Of a stretch of 31,599 bases of DNA, positions 17,010 to 25,821 are shown piece by piece. A program made the position numbers and the translations under genes. The DNA is from a virus (Duplodnaviria > Caudoviricetes): positions 1 to 31,599 of the IMG/VR virus record IMGVR_UViG_3300025751_001878. One strand, written 5' to 3'. The notes beneath the pieces are model-generated. The model saw only the letters and a program-made list of their open reading frames with translations. It did not search any database and was not told the origin of the DNA. The first letter of the stretch is position 1. Every line of letters starts with the position of its first letter.

Positions 17010-18674
17010 TTACCTTGCTGTTTTTAATCTATAATGAAACTCTGATTGATCGTTTATAGTTAAGTTTAACACAGATATACCCAAACTGTCAACCACTCCG
17101 TCTAGATTTTCATCAAAAGATTCTGATCCAAACACAAGATTTTCTTCGTAAAGGCTGTCACCTACATAATCATACTCATCACTTACTGATCTTATGTTGT
17201 TGCTAGGATTACTTACTACTGTAATAACACCTTTTCTAAATGCATTAACTGTAAAGCTCTTATAGGTGTATTCAATTTCTATACATTTTGTTTCATCTGC
17301 AGGTATTTTAAACATTACCGATGGTGATGTTGATTGTGTAAGATTTAGTTCTTGTAGATATCTTACAGTATCAAAACCTGGTCCTTTTATTTCTGGAATA
17401 TATGCAATATTAGATAGATAATTTTGATCTGCTGAAAGTTGTGGAGTTCTGTTAAAATAATCATTATCACTACCGTTAGCAAAGGCTTCTGTACCAAATT
17501 CGATTACTGGCCATTGAGGATTATTTTTTTGTATTACACCTGCTGTCCATTGATATCCTACATCTATAAAACTATTACTTTGAGAAATATTGTACTCACC
17601 GTACTTAATATAGATAGCCTGTCTGTCTATATTTTTAAATCTACAGTTGTTTACTTTTGTAGAGCGTGGTCCTGTTGTTGCAGCAGTTGCACCTAAAAGT
17701 TGGTTAGTACCAAATGCAATTCCATTATAGTGTGTTTCAAATGAGCACTCTGACAATCTATTATCTTCGATGTCGTTATCACTATACACTCCAACACTCA
17801 GTCCTTCAAACTTGATATTTTGAAATGTATTATTTTTTCCAACGCCGGCTGTGGTAACCATTGTCATTTTAATACCATAGTTTGTGTTGTCGAGTGTTGA
17901 ACCGTTAGTCCATGTACCTCTAATTTTTATATTTCTAAATTCACTATCTCTTACACTGTTTAGTAAGAACCCTCCTGCACTACCTGCAACATCAATAGTC
18001 ATATCACTTATGTGTATGTTACGAGATTGATTTGTTTCAGTAACTGCTGAACTATTAACATACGCAGCAAGATCAGTTGCATTTAATTGGTTAATTAACG
18101 GGATATCAACATCACTTACAGTTCTAAACACAGGTCCTGGTGTAGTTTTAGTTAACACTGTATTATCAATACCTGATCCAACTATGTTTACAAATGAAGG
18201 CAATACAATAGTTCTACTGACAACATAATTTCCAGGTAGCATCTGTAAGATAACTCTGTTGCTGTTATTTAAAGGATCGTTTGGGTTCATATACAATTGT
18301 GTAATTGCACGTTGTATTTGATCTGTCTGATCACTGCCGTCGCCTAATGCATTAAATGATGTAATGCTAACAATATCATCTAGTCTATCCTGTAGACTAC
18401 GCTGTATTGGTGTAAGGCCGGGTCCTGTTTGAATACTGTCATTTGTACTCTTATATTCATATGACTTTGCAAAAGCAAGAATGTTATCTTTTTCAGTAAG
18501 AAGTTTAGTATTTCCAACAAACGGTGCTCCTTCGGCAACACTACCGTTACCTATAAACATCTCTTGTGTGTCTACTGCCCAGGCAAGTTCACCGCCTGCT
18601 AATTGTGGTAATCCGGATCCTTCGTTCTTACGCCCTCTGCGTATTTGAATCCTCGAAATGGAAACAACAGCCAT
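17010..18674 (-). CDS. Virion tail fibre/spike-like protein: Mtd-N-like head plus pectate-lyase-like beta-helix
   Basis: RIQIRRG..LAGGELAWAVDT..MFIGNG, LQDRLDDIVSITSFNALGDG.DQT..IQRAI, PGNYVV, N/I-rich beta-helix repeats; GATAAATA at 18698-18705. Confidence 0.75.
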   Translation of the reverse strand: MAVVSISRIQIRRGRKNEGSGLPQLAGGELAWAVDTQEMFIGNGSVAEGAPFVGNTKLLTEKDNILAFAKSYEYKSTNDSIQTGPGLTPIQRSLQDRLDDIVSITSFNALGDGSDQTDQIQRAITQLYMNPNDPLNNSNRVILQMLPGNYVVSRTIVLPSFVNIVGSGIDNTVLTKTTPGPVFRTVSDVDIPLINQLNATDLAAYVNSSAVTETNQSRNIHISDMTIDVAGSAGGFLLNSVRDSEFRNIKIRGTWTNGSTLDNTNYGIKMTMVTTAGVGKNNTFQNIKFEGLSVGVYSDNDIEDNRLSECSFETHYNGIAFGTNQLLGATAATTGPRSTKVNNCRFKNIDRQAIYIKYGEYNISQSNSFIDVGYQWTAGVIQKNNPQWPVIEFGTEAFANGSDNDYFNRTPQLSADQNYLSNIAYIPEIKGPGFDTVRYLQELNLTQSTSPSVMFKIPADETKCIEIEYTYKSFTVNAFRKGVITVVSNPSNNIRSVSDEYDYVGDSLYEENLVFGSESFDENLDGVVDSLGISVLNLTINDQSEFHYRLKTAR

Positions 18675-18700
18675 ATACTACTCCTAATTTGTAGTAGTAT

Positions 18701-19384
18701 TTATCCGTGTTTCTCATAATACTGACGGCACCTATTCCACCATTCTTGTTCCCATTCAGCAAACTCATCTGGCCATAGGTCAAACTGTTGATACTCTAAG
18801 CCTCGACTGCACATAAAGATATGTCCTTCACGTATGTCTGTGCCATGTACCTCGTTATGTGCAATAGCATAGGCAGTAAGTTGTAGATAGTAGTCTTCAA
18901 CCCACTCAGGCTTCTTAGGCTTATTGGTTTGCTTAAAATCAAGGATTGACGGATTGCCTTTATATTGTCCTACTAGATCAGTTGTACCAGCATAGATACC
19001 AGGAACGTAGAGCGGAACTTCGCTTCCCCATATTTCATCTACATGTACCATTGCTTCGTCGCGGATAATACAAGCCATCTTATAGGCTTGTTGTGCGTAA
19101 GGGTTGCTACCTGCTGACTCTGTCCATACACCATTGTCTACATAATCCTCAAGATACTTGTGCATACGTGTACCTACGCCTGCTGCTTCAGTTGTAATTT
19201 CTTGTGCTTTCTTTTCACCTACTCTACGGCGCCATTCAATAAGATGTGTCATATCTTTTGTGCTGCTAAGGATAGTTGTAACACTTGCTACAGGAGCGCC
19301 ACCGGGTGCTGCGTAACGGCGCTTGCCATCTACTTCTACACGTTTTAGTTTTGCATATTCGTACTTAGGTTTTATTAATGTCAT
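18701..19384 (-). CDS. PD-(D/E)XK exonuclease (phage exonuclease, MGME1-like)
   Basis: SVTTILS, GTRMHKYLE, SEVPLY..YAGTTDL, ILDFKQ, YYLQLTAYA. Confidence 0.88.
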   Translation of the reverse strand: MTLIKPKYEYAKLKRVEVDGKRRYAAPGGAPVASVTTILSSTKDMTHLIEWRRRVGEKKAQEITTEAAGVGTRMHKYLEDYVDNGVWTESAGSNPYAQQAYKMACIIRDEAMVHVDEIWGSEVPLYVPGIYAGTTDLVGQYKGNPSILDFKQTNKPKKPEWVEDYYLQLTAYAIAHNEVHGTDIREGHIFMCSRGLEYQQFDLWPDEFAEWEQEWWNRCRQYYEKHG

Positions 19385-19389
19385 ATGTT

Positions 19390-19417
19390 ATTATAACATA
19401 ATATATTATATTGTCAA
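19390..19417 (-). promoter_or_regulatory. sigma70-like promoter giving a leaderless exonuclease mRNA
   Basis: TTGACA-N16-TATAAT; the ATG begins after only 5 intervening nt and has no SD. Confidence 0.65.
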
Positions 19418-19644
19418 ATTAAATCGTTAGCACGTTTAGCCATACTTGCTACTGTATCGTCGCTATCGCCGCCATCTGTTGGTGATAGATCGTCAACTTC
19501 GCTTGACTTTAGTTGTATCTTGTCTTTGTCAAAGTTTTTAACTAATTCTTTAAGTCTAGGGTCTGCATCGTATGCAGCCTTAAACACATCAAAAGTAAAC
19601 TCGCCGTGCCCCATTTTGCGCATCAGCGAGTCTAATTTATCCAT
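19414..19644 (-). CDS. Hypothetical protein; the frame stays open upstream past 19722 and may be the C-terminal part of a frameshift product
   Basis: 26 extra sense codons (VNEAIDTNELFQILDHLKSRKKYNLS) without ATG/GTG/TTG reach back to the A9G run of the upstream gene. Confidence 0.7.
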   Translation of the reverse strand: MDKLDSLMRKMGHGEFTFDVFKAAYDADPRLKELVKNFDKDKIQLKSSEVDDLSPTDGGDSDDTVASMAKRANDLI

Positions 19645-19718
19645 TGATAAGTTATATTTCTTACGACTTTTTAAGTGATCCAGTATTTGGAACAGCTCGT
19701 TAGTATCAATAGCTTCGT

Positions 19719-20441
19719 TTACTTTTTTTTTGAGCGCTCTACTGACTCACGCTTTTCACGACCCATATCTAAGTCGCCGCCTGCTGCTGATGCGTCTGCA
19801 TCAAAGTCATCGCCTTCAAGATCACCTAAGTCAGTGTCCATGTCCATGTCAGTTGTTGGTTCCATGGCGTCCATGTCATCACCGCCCATCATGTCTGCGT
19901 CCATACCGCCGCCTTCGCCAGTTAGGATGCCTACGCCACTTGTTAGTGCTCCGCGGGTGCTTTCCATTGCTGCATACATTGCTTCCAATGCAGGTTTAAC
20001 TGTATTAACAAATGATTCACTTTGCTCACTACCCATTTCATCACGGATAGCATCTGCAAGATCTAACATTGACTCAGTTTGCATTTCAGCTGTGTCTTCC
20101 ATCCAACCTGTAACTTTGTCTACCATGTCTTTACCAGCCATAACAATCTCTGCTGAGTCTTCTGCACCTTCAGTAATTGCTGAACCAGATTCATGTCTTT
20201 CTTTAATTTCAGCATTTAATACATCAAGAAACATTTTGTTCTTTGCATACTCTGATGTTTGTACTTTATCAAAACTTTCATTAGTTTCAACTTGACTTAA
20301 CTTTGTGCGTAGTTTATTACGAGCATCTTCAAGTTGCTCAAATGTAAATTTCTCAAGGTTAATTTTTTTACCAAATGTTTTTGCTAGTGACTCGTTTAAC
20401 TTTTCTGAAGTTAATGGTCTAGTAAATTCGTTAATGTTCAT
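19719..20441 (-). CDS. Acidic, helical probable prohead core/scaffold-type protein
   Basis: MNINEF start, several (L/I)-x-E sites (KLNE, AITE), D/M/G-rich low-complexity tail; GATAAATA at 20469-20476. The function is an inference. Confidence 0.6.
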   Translation of the reverse strand: MNINEFTRPLTSEKLNESLAKTFGKKINLEKFTFEQLEDARNKLRTKLSQVETNESFDKVQTSEYAKNKMFLDVLNAEIKERHESGSAITEGAEDSAEIVMAGKDMVDKVTGWMEDTAEMQTESMLDLADAIRDEMGSEQSESFVNTVKPALEAMYAAMESTRGALTSGVGILTGEGGGMDADMMGGDDMDAMEPTTDMDMDTDLGDLEGDDFDADASAAGGDLDMGREKRESVERSKKK

Positions 20442-20474
20442 TGCTAATTCCTATTAGATCGTTACATGTATTTA

Positions 20475-20927
20475 TCATTGATAAATGAAATCTTCTATTT
20501 GATCAGAGTAATATTTTGCTTTATCCAGGCTCTGACTCAGTCTTGCTTTGCGTGATTCTTTACGTATTTTATCTTTTGTGTTTTTAATTGTTTCTTTATA
20601 TGTAATTACGTCATTATAATGTTTAAGAAACTTTTTATCTAATTTTACTATATCGTCTATTGCCGGCTTGCCTTCAACAAGAGTTTTTGCAATAGCAAGA
20701 GCGGACTTCTTATAATGTGTAAATGCAACAGCTGAGTTTGTTTTACAGTCAAAAATTCTATACATACCTTTTGAGTTTCTAATGATATAATTCTTAAGAC
20801 GTATACTGTTTCCTTTGACTACAGGCACTGCTGAATCCTCAAGGCCAATTGCTATTATTTCTTCTAAATCTTCTATTAATTTATAAGTGTTCATAGACAT
20901 ACTTATCCTAAGAGGTTGTTTTAACAA
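20475..20927 (-). CDS. Hypothetical protein (true start may be slightly downstream)
   Basis: 150-aa ORF in the late cluster. Confidence 0.7.
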   Translation of the reverse strand: MLKQPLRISMSMNTYKLIEDLEEIIAIGLEDSAVPVVKGNSIRLKNYIIRNSKGMYRIFDCKTNSAVAFTHYKKSALAIAKTLVEGKPAIDDIVKLDKKFLKHYNDVITYKETIKNTKDKIRKESRKARLSQSLDKAKYYSDQIEDFIYQ

Positions 20928-21153
20928 TGTCTCCTGGTCTTATTAGTTTTGCAGGATCTTTCTTCTTCTCTCCAGGCTTTGAAGGTTTGTTTAATGTTAC
21001 ATTGCCCTCGTCGTCTTTAGATAAAGCACTAGGATTCTTTTTAAGATCAATAGTAGTTTTACGACCGTCGCCATGATCAACTTCTGCACTGCGTCCAGGT
21101 TGTACCTTAGTAATCTTTGCCGGCTGCTGTTCAAGTATTTCTCTTATTTTCAT
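20908..21153 (-). CDS. Small basic protein with an MKIREILE N-terminal tag
   Basis: 81-aa ORF, ATGA-coupled to the upstream gene. Confidence 0.7.
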   Translation of the reverse strand: MKIREILEQQPAKITKVQPGRSAEVDHGDGRKTTIDLKKNPSALSKDDEGNVTLNKPSKPGEKKKDPAKLIRPGDIVKTTS

Positions 21154-21452
21154 ATCCTTGATCTCCTTTTGCTCTTTTTGTGTCTAGATTTATTTGCTTG
21201 ACGTGTCCTAATACTTGCAGGGTTTGCAGACTTTGTACGTCTAGTCTTTACTGACATTGACGCAGACTTCTTAGCCTTTGTTCGCTTTAATGTAGTTGCT
21301 GCTTTTACGTTAGTAGGTGCAGAGCATGTTGATGCTTTAGCAACCACACGTCCTTTACGACTGCCCGTAGTGCAACGATATTTACGTGTAGTCTTATTTC
21401 CACTCTTGGCAAAAGTAGGAACTGCTCCTTCTATCAACTCTCTTAAAAACAT
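21150..21452 (-). CDS. Very basic protein, paralogue 2
   Basis: RKYRCTTGSRKGRVVAKASTCSAP; MFLRELIE tag. Confidence 0.75.
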   Translation of the reverse strand: MFLRELIEGAVPTFAKSGNKTTRKYRCTTGSRKGRVVAKASTCSAPTNVKAATTLKRTKAKKSASMSVKTRRTKSANPASIRTRQANKSRHKKSKRRSRI

Positions 21453-21733
21453 TATCTTTTCTTATTCATTGATTGCACTCTACGACTTGCAACATTTGTT
21501 CTTTTAGTTCTTTTAGATTTACGAGATATTCTTTTACCTAAACGTGCTTTTGTCTTTTTAAGTGTCATACGCTTTTTCATATCAGGCGGCGCAAAACATT
21601 GAGCAATCTTACTTACTACACGACCCTTGCGTTTGCCGCCAGAACAACGATATTTGCGCACAACCTTTTTGCCGGAGCGAGCCCATACCTGTGTTTCTTC
21701 TAATTCTATAGTAAATAGATCTCTTAATAACAT
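21452..21733 (-). CDS. Very basic protein, paralogue 1
   Basis: RKYRCSGGKRKGRVVSKIAQCFAP; MLLRDLFTIELEE tag; GCTAAATA 5 nt upstream. Confidence 0.75.
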   Translation of the reverse strand: MLLRDLFTIELEETQVWARSGKKVVRKYRCSGGKRKGRVVSKIAQCFAPPDMKKRMTLKKTKARLGKRISRKSKRTKRTNVASRRVQSMNKKR

Positions 21734-21750
21734 ATAGTTATTTAGCGGAT

Positions 21751-21996
21751 TTAGCCTTGCATTAATATAACTACGATAGTTGAAAGTAACCCTGCAATGA
21801 TAGTTCCTGACGCACCGATTAGTACTTTGACTAAACTTTGATTGCCATCCTTAATATCATTATGGATTTCATTAATTTTTGTTTCTACATCTGACAGTCT
21901 GCTTGACAGATTAGAATATCTAATTGCACATAGATCAACGTGAGCCTCGAGGCTCTCTTTCTCTAGTTTCGTGGTTGACGCTGGATCGGACATCAC
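21751..21996 (-). CDS. Coiled-coil protein with a C-terminal TM helix (XhlA/holin-like architecture)
   Basis: SLEAHVDLCAIRY, heptads, then a hydrophobic C-terminus. Confidence 0.6.
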   Translation of the reverse strand: MMSDPASTTKLEKESLEAHVDLCAIRYSNLSSRLSDVETKINEIHNDIKDGNQSLVKVLIGASGTIIAGLLSTIVVILMQG

Positions 21997-22036
21997 ACAC
22001 TCCCTCTATAATAAATTGTTAAAAGTATTTAACCAA

Positions 22037-22447
22037 TTACTCGCTAAGGTTATCTGCTACTGTTACAAATACCGTGTTTGTACGACTCTTGCTTGTAGTT
22101 TCAAACATAGATTCTTTTAATTTAACTGTTTCGTCTAGGTTTGATATAACAGGTATCATATCAAAGTCATTAACTAACATCGGAATATCTATTGCAGACT
22201 CAAAGTCAGTTTCAAACATAAACTCCCAAACTTTTTGTTCACCTTTATAACTTGTGCCAAAGCCGTGTCCTTTAGTTAGTTGTTGTACTGTACCTTGTGG
22301 ACTAGATAAAGGTGTAATGTTCACTCTTAACCCTATAGTTCCGACTACTGTCATAAAATTTTGTTGTTGGTGCCAGGCTGGATCAGACTTATTAAATCTA
22401 GCTTTAGATTCAGTAATGTCTACAAGTGTTTTCATTAGGAGTTTCAT
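22037..22447 (-). CDS. Hypothetical protein
   Basis: 136-aa ORF (TLVDIT, QQQNFMT); TATAAGTA 4 nt upstream. Confidence 0.7.
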   Translation of the reverse strand: MKLLMKTLVDITESKARFNKSDPAWHQQQNFMTVVGTIGLRVNITPLSSPQGTVQQLTKGHGFGTSYKGEQKVWEFMFETDFESAIDIPMLVNDFDMIPVISNLDETVKLKESMFETTSKSRTNTVFVTVADNLSE

Positions 22448-22465
22448 ACTGTACTTATAGTCACT

Positions 22466-22495
22466 AAAAAAGCGCCACTAAAAAAGTGACGCTTT
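22466..22495 (-). terminator. Rho-independent terminator
   Basis: AAAGCGUCACU-UUUUU-AGUGGCGCUUUUUU. Confidence 0.75.
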
Positions 22496-22520
22496 CTGTT
22501 ATACCTATTAGGTTATAATA

Positions 22521-22838
22521 TTATGAGTTAGCAATACTGTAGAAACTTGTGATTTCTGTAGTTGTTACTGCTTCACCTAGTACGTGTGTTACGCGAGCGT
22601 CTACTGTTGCTACGTCTAATGCGTGTCCGTCACCGATGATGATTGCAGTTGTGCCGCTTGCACCGATTTCGATGAATGCGCCAGTTGTACCAAACTCTTG
22701 TGCTAGTGCTTCAGCTGTTCCGCCGATGCCTGCTGTTAGTGCAGTTGTTGGAACCATTTTGAATGCTTTAAGCTGCATTGAGCCGTATAGTGTACCTAGT
22801 GCATGGCCTGTGCCGTTTACTCTTGTGAATTCTGCCAT
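22521..22838 (-). CDS. Small A/G/T-rich probable virion structural protein
   Basis: Monocistronic unit: GATAAATA (22895-22902), leader hairpin (22864-22885), SD AGGAG and its own terminator. Confidence 0.65.
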   Translation of the reverse strand: MAEFTRVNGTGHALGTLYGSMQLKAFKMVPTTALTAGIGGTAEALAQEFGTTGAFIEIGASGTTAIIIGDGHALDVATVDARVTHVLGEAVTTTEITSFYSIANS

Positions 22839-22921
22839 TTTCTTCTCCTAATTTCTCTAATGGCAAGTTCATACTCTTGAACTTGTTATGATAATATTTA
22901 TCACTTTTAAAGAAAAATTAA

Positions 22922-23857
22922 CTACTTATTGCGTTTTTGCGCTCTCGAACGAAGCACTTGTAGTTGATTTATAAAGCCCGGACCGCCTTGTACGATGTCA
23001 TCTACCATTTGTATAATAGGCGCATATGCTTTTACCATAGGAGCACTAATGCTTCTACCATCTTTAACATGTTCGATAAACTGTTTAGTCATTGCAAGAT
23101 TATTGGCACCAACTAAGTATCTATAAAGTGCTAATGCATCTGGAGTTGTAACAACATCAGGCTGACTTATCTGTGGTTCAGTATCAACTGCATAGTAAGT
23201 TTCACTCTTAGTAATTACAACCCAACGTTCAAAGTCGTCAATAATGTCCGAACTGCGTAGTTTTGCTCTTACTGCAAACAATAATTTAGTTGCTACTAGA
23301 TTTCTATCTTTAAGTTGTAATGTATCCCAACTGGCTAAACTACGTCTAACACTCTTATATTCAGGATTAGTAATCTTTAATCCTTGCTCAATTCTAAATA
23401 AAAGGTTGTCTACCTTCCTCGGTGCTGTCTTTGCTAGATCAATTATGTAACGGTTAAAATCTCGTAAAGGAAGTTTTGTTTCATCTTTCATCTTCAATGC
23501 TGATTTAGGATCTTTTAGTTTTGTATGTCCGTTTGCACTTAAAATTAAATGTAGATAGTTATACAAATCTGTACCATTACCTCTGTATAATCTATAGTCT
23601 TCAAAACCACTTGTTTGTTTTGAATATGCTCTAACCCAAGGAAGGAATTCTTTTGTAGTACGCATCAATTCTATTGCAAGCACAATTAAATAGATACGCT
23701 CACGGCAATCTGTATAAGATAAGTTTCTTACATTACGTTCGTTACGTGTAAAACGAGCTTCGTTTAAATCTTTAATGAAAGAAAACTTTGGTTCGGTAAG
23801 AGTGACATCGTGCCCGCCTTCCATTGCAGCCCATTCTATTGCCGTGTATTTTTCCAA
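22922..23857 (-). CDS. Hypothetical protein
   Basis: 311-aa ORF (WAAMEGGH...IKDLNEAR). Confidence 0.75.
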   Translation of the reverse strand: MEKYTAIEWAAMEGGHDVTLTEPKFSFIKDLNEARFTRNERNVRNLSYTDCRERIYLIVLAIELMRTTKEFLPWVRAYSKQTSGFEDYRLYRGNGTDLYNYLHLILSANGHTKLKDPKSALKMKDETKLPLRDFNRYIIDLAKTAPRKVDNLLFRIEQGLKITNPEYKSVRRSLASWDTLQLKDRNLVATKLLFAVRAKLRSSDIIDDFERWVVITKSETYYAVDTEPQISQPDVVTTPDALALYRYLVGANNLAMTKQFIEHVKDGRSISAPMVKAYAPIIQMVDDIVQGGPGFINQLQVLRSRAQKRNK

Positions 23858-23858
23858 T

Positions 23859-24227
23859 TTACTTGCCTAATTTCATAAGCATATTAAAACGATTTTTGTC
23901 CATTGGCGGTTCATGGTCTTTTGACTTTTTATTAAAAGCAACACCGTCGTCATCAGTTCCTTTATTTCTAATACGAGTGTTGTGAACCATTTCGTCATAT
24001 ACATCATTAATTGATTTAAATTCATTTACACCAGGACCCATATTGTTTAACAATTGAGCTAAGCGAGATAACTGAACATAAGTACCATCGTCCATTTTGA
24101 TTTGTCCTGAATCAACTCTGTCTATTACAGACTTTAACTTATGAGCGTGACGACTTGCTTTCCTTGCAAGTTGTGAAAGTTCAAAGTTACTGTCTACATC
24201 TCTTTCGGTAATCTCATTGATTTTCAT
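23859..24227 (-). CDS. Hypothetical protein with an MKINEITE N-terminal tag
   Basis: 122-aa ORF; SD AAGGA; AATAAATA at 24250-24257. Confidence 0.7.
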   Translation of the reverse strand: MKINEITERDVDSNFELSQLARKASRHAHKLKSVIDRVDSGQIKMDDGTYVQLSRLAQLLNNMGPGVNEFKSINDVYDEMVHNTRIRNKGTDDDGVAFNKKSKDHEPPMDKNRFNMLMKLGK

Positions 24228-24255
24228 TTTACTTCCTTATTTGATGTTGTATTTA

Positions 24256-25077
24256 TTAACGAACAAGCACACTTGTAAGATTTACAATACGTGATAGTTG
24301 TTTAGATGCTAACGATTCAGGTATTTCTTTACCTGATTTTGCCATTGTATCTTTGAAAGGACCAACTAGTGCATCGTAGTTAGAATCACCTTTTAATTTT
24401 GCTAACATACTTTCTACTGTATGTGTATCGGCTTCCTTAGCACCCTTACCTAATAGTATCTCTGCAATTTCGTCCCAGTTATCAGCAACAACAGCATCTC
24501 CATTGTTCGGATCAACTATACCTTTGTTTGGACTAAATTTGTATCCTCTACCTCTTGCAAGACTAGAAAGTAGTACAGCTCTGTCAGCACCTGTGTAATT
24601 TTCAGTGCCGCCACGCTTGGCGCCACGCTGTAGATCAGGATTGTCTGTAAGCATAAAGTCTGTTTGTACAAAACCGTTTTCAGGATTACCTTTTATAGGT
24701 GTGCGAAAGTGTATCTGTAACCCGGCATCTTTAATCCAACCTGCTTCGAATGTTCTGCCCTTGTTCATAATCTCTAAATCAGGGATACCTTGCTTTTGAC
24801 ACCACGCACTAAGTTTTGCAATTATTTCTTCTTTAGGTAACTCTCTAGTATCAGTATTAAGATCTAAGTCACCTGATGAATTCTTTTCAAATGTTCCATC
24901 TGGATGTGTTTTTGTACCGGTTGTTCCTAAGAATTCTTTTGGAGTAAACTTAAAGCCAAAGGTTTTATTAAGCCAATCAATAGTAGGCTGTACATCTGCT
25001 GTAGCAATTCGTGATGCAATAAGTTCCTTTTCGGGTTCAGTCTTAAATACGTTGCCACCTTCTTTAATTATTTCCAT
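24256..25077 (-). CDS. Pol-beta-superfamily nucleotidyltransferase-like protein
   Basis: LGTTG...SSGDLDL...VQTDFM matches hG[ST]-xn-DhD-xn-D, with a longer than usual first spacer. Confidence 0.6.
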   Translation of the reverse strand: MEIIKEGGNVFKTEPEKELIASRIATADVQPTIDWLNKTFGFKFTPKEFLGTTGTKTHPDGTFEKNSSGDLDLNTDTRELPKEEIIAKLSAWCQKQGIPDLEIMNKGRTFEAGWIKDAGLQIHFRTPIKGNPENGFVQTDFMLTDNPDLQRGAKRGGTENYTGADRAVLLSSLARGRGYKFSPNKGIVDPNNGDAVVADNWDEIAEILLGKGAKEADTHTVESMLAKLKGDSNYDALVGPFKDTMAKSGKEIPESLASKQLSRIVNLTSVLVR

Positions 25078-25331
25078 TTGCGTCCTCGAGACTCAATTAC
25101 TTTTTGCATGTAACGGCGAAACTTCTTTGGATCACCTGAGCGTATACTATTAAGAAATCTACGCTCTAAATCTAATGCTGTATCAGCATCATATGTATCA
25201 TGTATTTTAGACAATAAATTTATAGAACTCTCTATAATATTATTGGCCGCCGAATCTATAGAATGATCGCCATTGCGGCGACCATGTACATTATTCAGTT
25301 CTTCAAGTATGCTTCTAGTCTTTTTCTTCAT
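25068..25331 (-). CDS. Hypothetical protein
   Basis: 87-aa ORF (TRSILEELN..LERRFLNSIR); ACTAAATA 5 nt upstream. Confidence 0.7.
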   Translation of the reverse strand: MKKKTRSILEELNNVHGRRNGDHSIDSAANNIIESSINLLSKIHDTYDADTALDLERRFLNSIRSGDPKKFRRYMQKVIESRGRKWK

Positions 25332-25360
25332 GTTAATATTTAGTGTATTTTCTGCTTAAT

Positions 25361-25765
25361 TTAAATTACGTTTGATTGTGTCCACTTGAGTTTATTCAAG
25401 TTATTAACATTTATCCATTCTTCAAACAAAACTGTTTCTTGTTGATGCGCTTCGATTTCACTAGGTTTATCCCAATAAGGAATATCTTTCTCATTAGTTT
25501 GAGTAAGTGTACCATGTTCATATTGTTTCATGTGAATCAATTCATGTGCAAGTGTAATGCAAAAATCACGCAAAGGTAAATCACGCTGAATATCTATTTC
25601 ATACTCGTTGTCGTCAGCTTGAATTATACCGCCCAGCGAGTCGCGATTGGTTCTGCTTATTGCTACATCAATATCTGGAAATACATTATACTTGCGACAA
25701 ACAAATGTCGCTAGATCAAAAGTATAATTACGTTGACCTTTGCTACCGCCGCTCACTGTAATCAT
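25361..25765 (-). CDS. Zincin-like metallopeptidase-domain protein (HExxH)
   Basis: TLAHELIHMKQY...PYWDKPSEIEA. Confidence 0.75.
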   Translation of the reverse strand: MITVSGGSKGQRNYTFDLATFVCRKYNVFPDIDVAISRTNRDSLGGIIQADDNEYEIDIQRDLPLRDFCITLAHELIHMKQYEHGTLTQTNEKDIPYWDKPSEIEAHQQETVLFEEWINVNNLNKLKWTQSNVI

Positions 25766-25792
25766 CGTTGCACCTCTTGTTAATGTCTATAT

Positions 25793-25821
25793 AGTATAGC
25801 ACCATTAACAAGAGTTGTCAA
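25793..25821 (-). promoter_or_regulatory. sigma70-like promoter embedded in a 12-bp inverted repeat
   Basis: TTGACA-N17-TATACT; repeat arms at 25774-25785 and 25803-25814. Confidence 0.75.

Noticed and set aside
18701-19384. Cas4 or a CRISPR system
   Set aside because: No four-Cys Fe-S pattern, no other cas genes and no repeat-spacer array seen in the window.
19780-19920. Repeat-like DNA (GACATG units)
   Set aside because: Reflects a low-complexity D/M/G protein linker, not a DNA repeat array.
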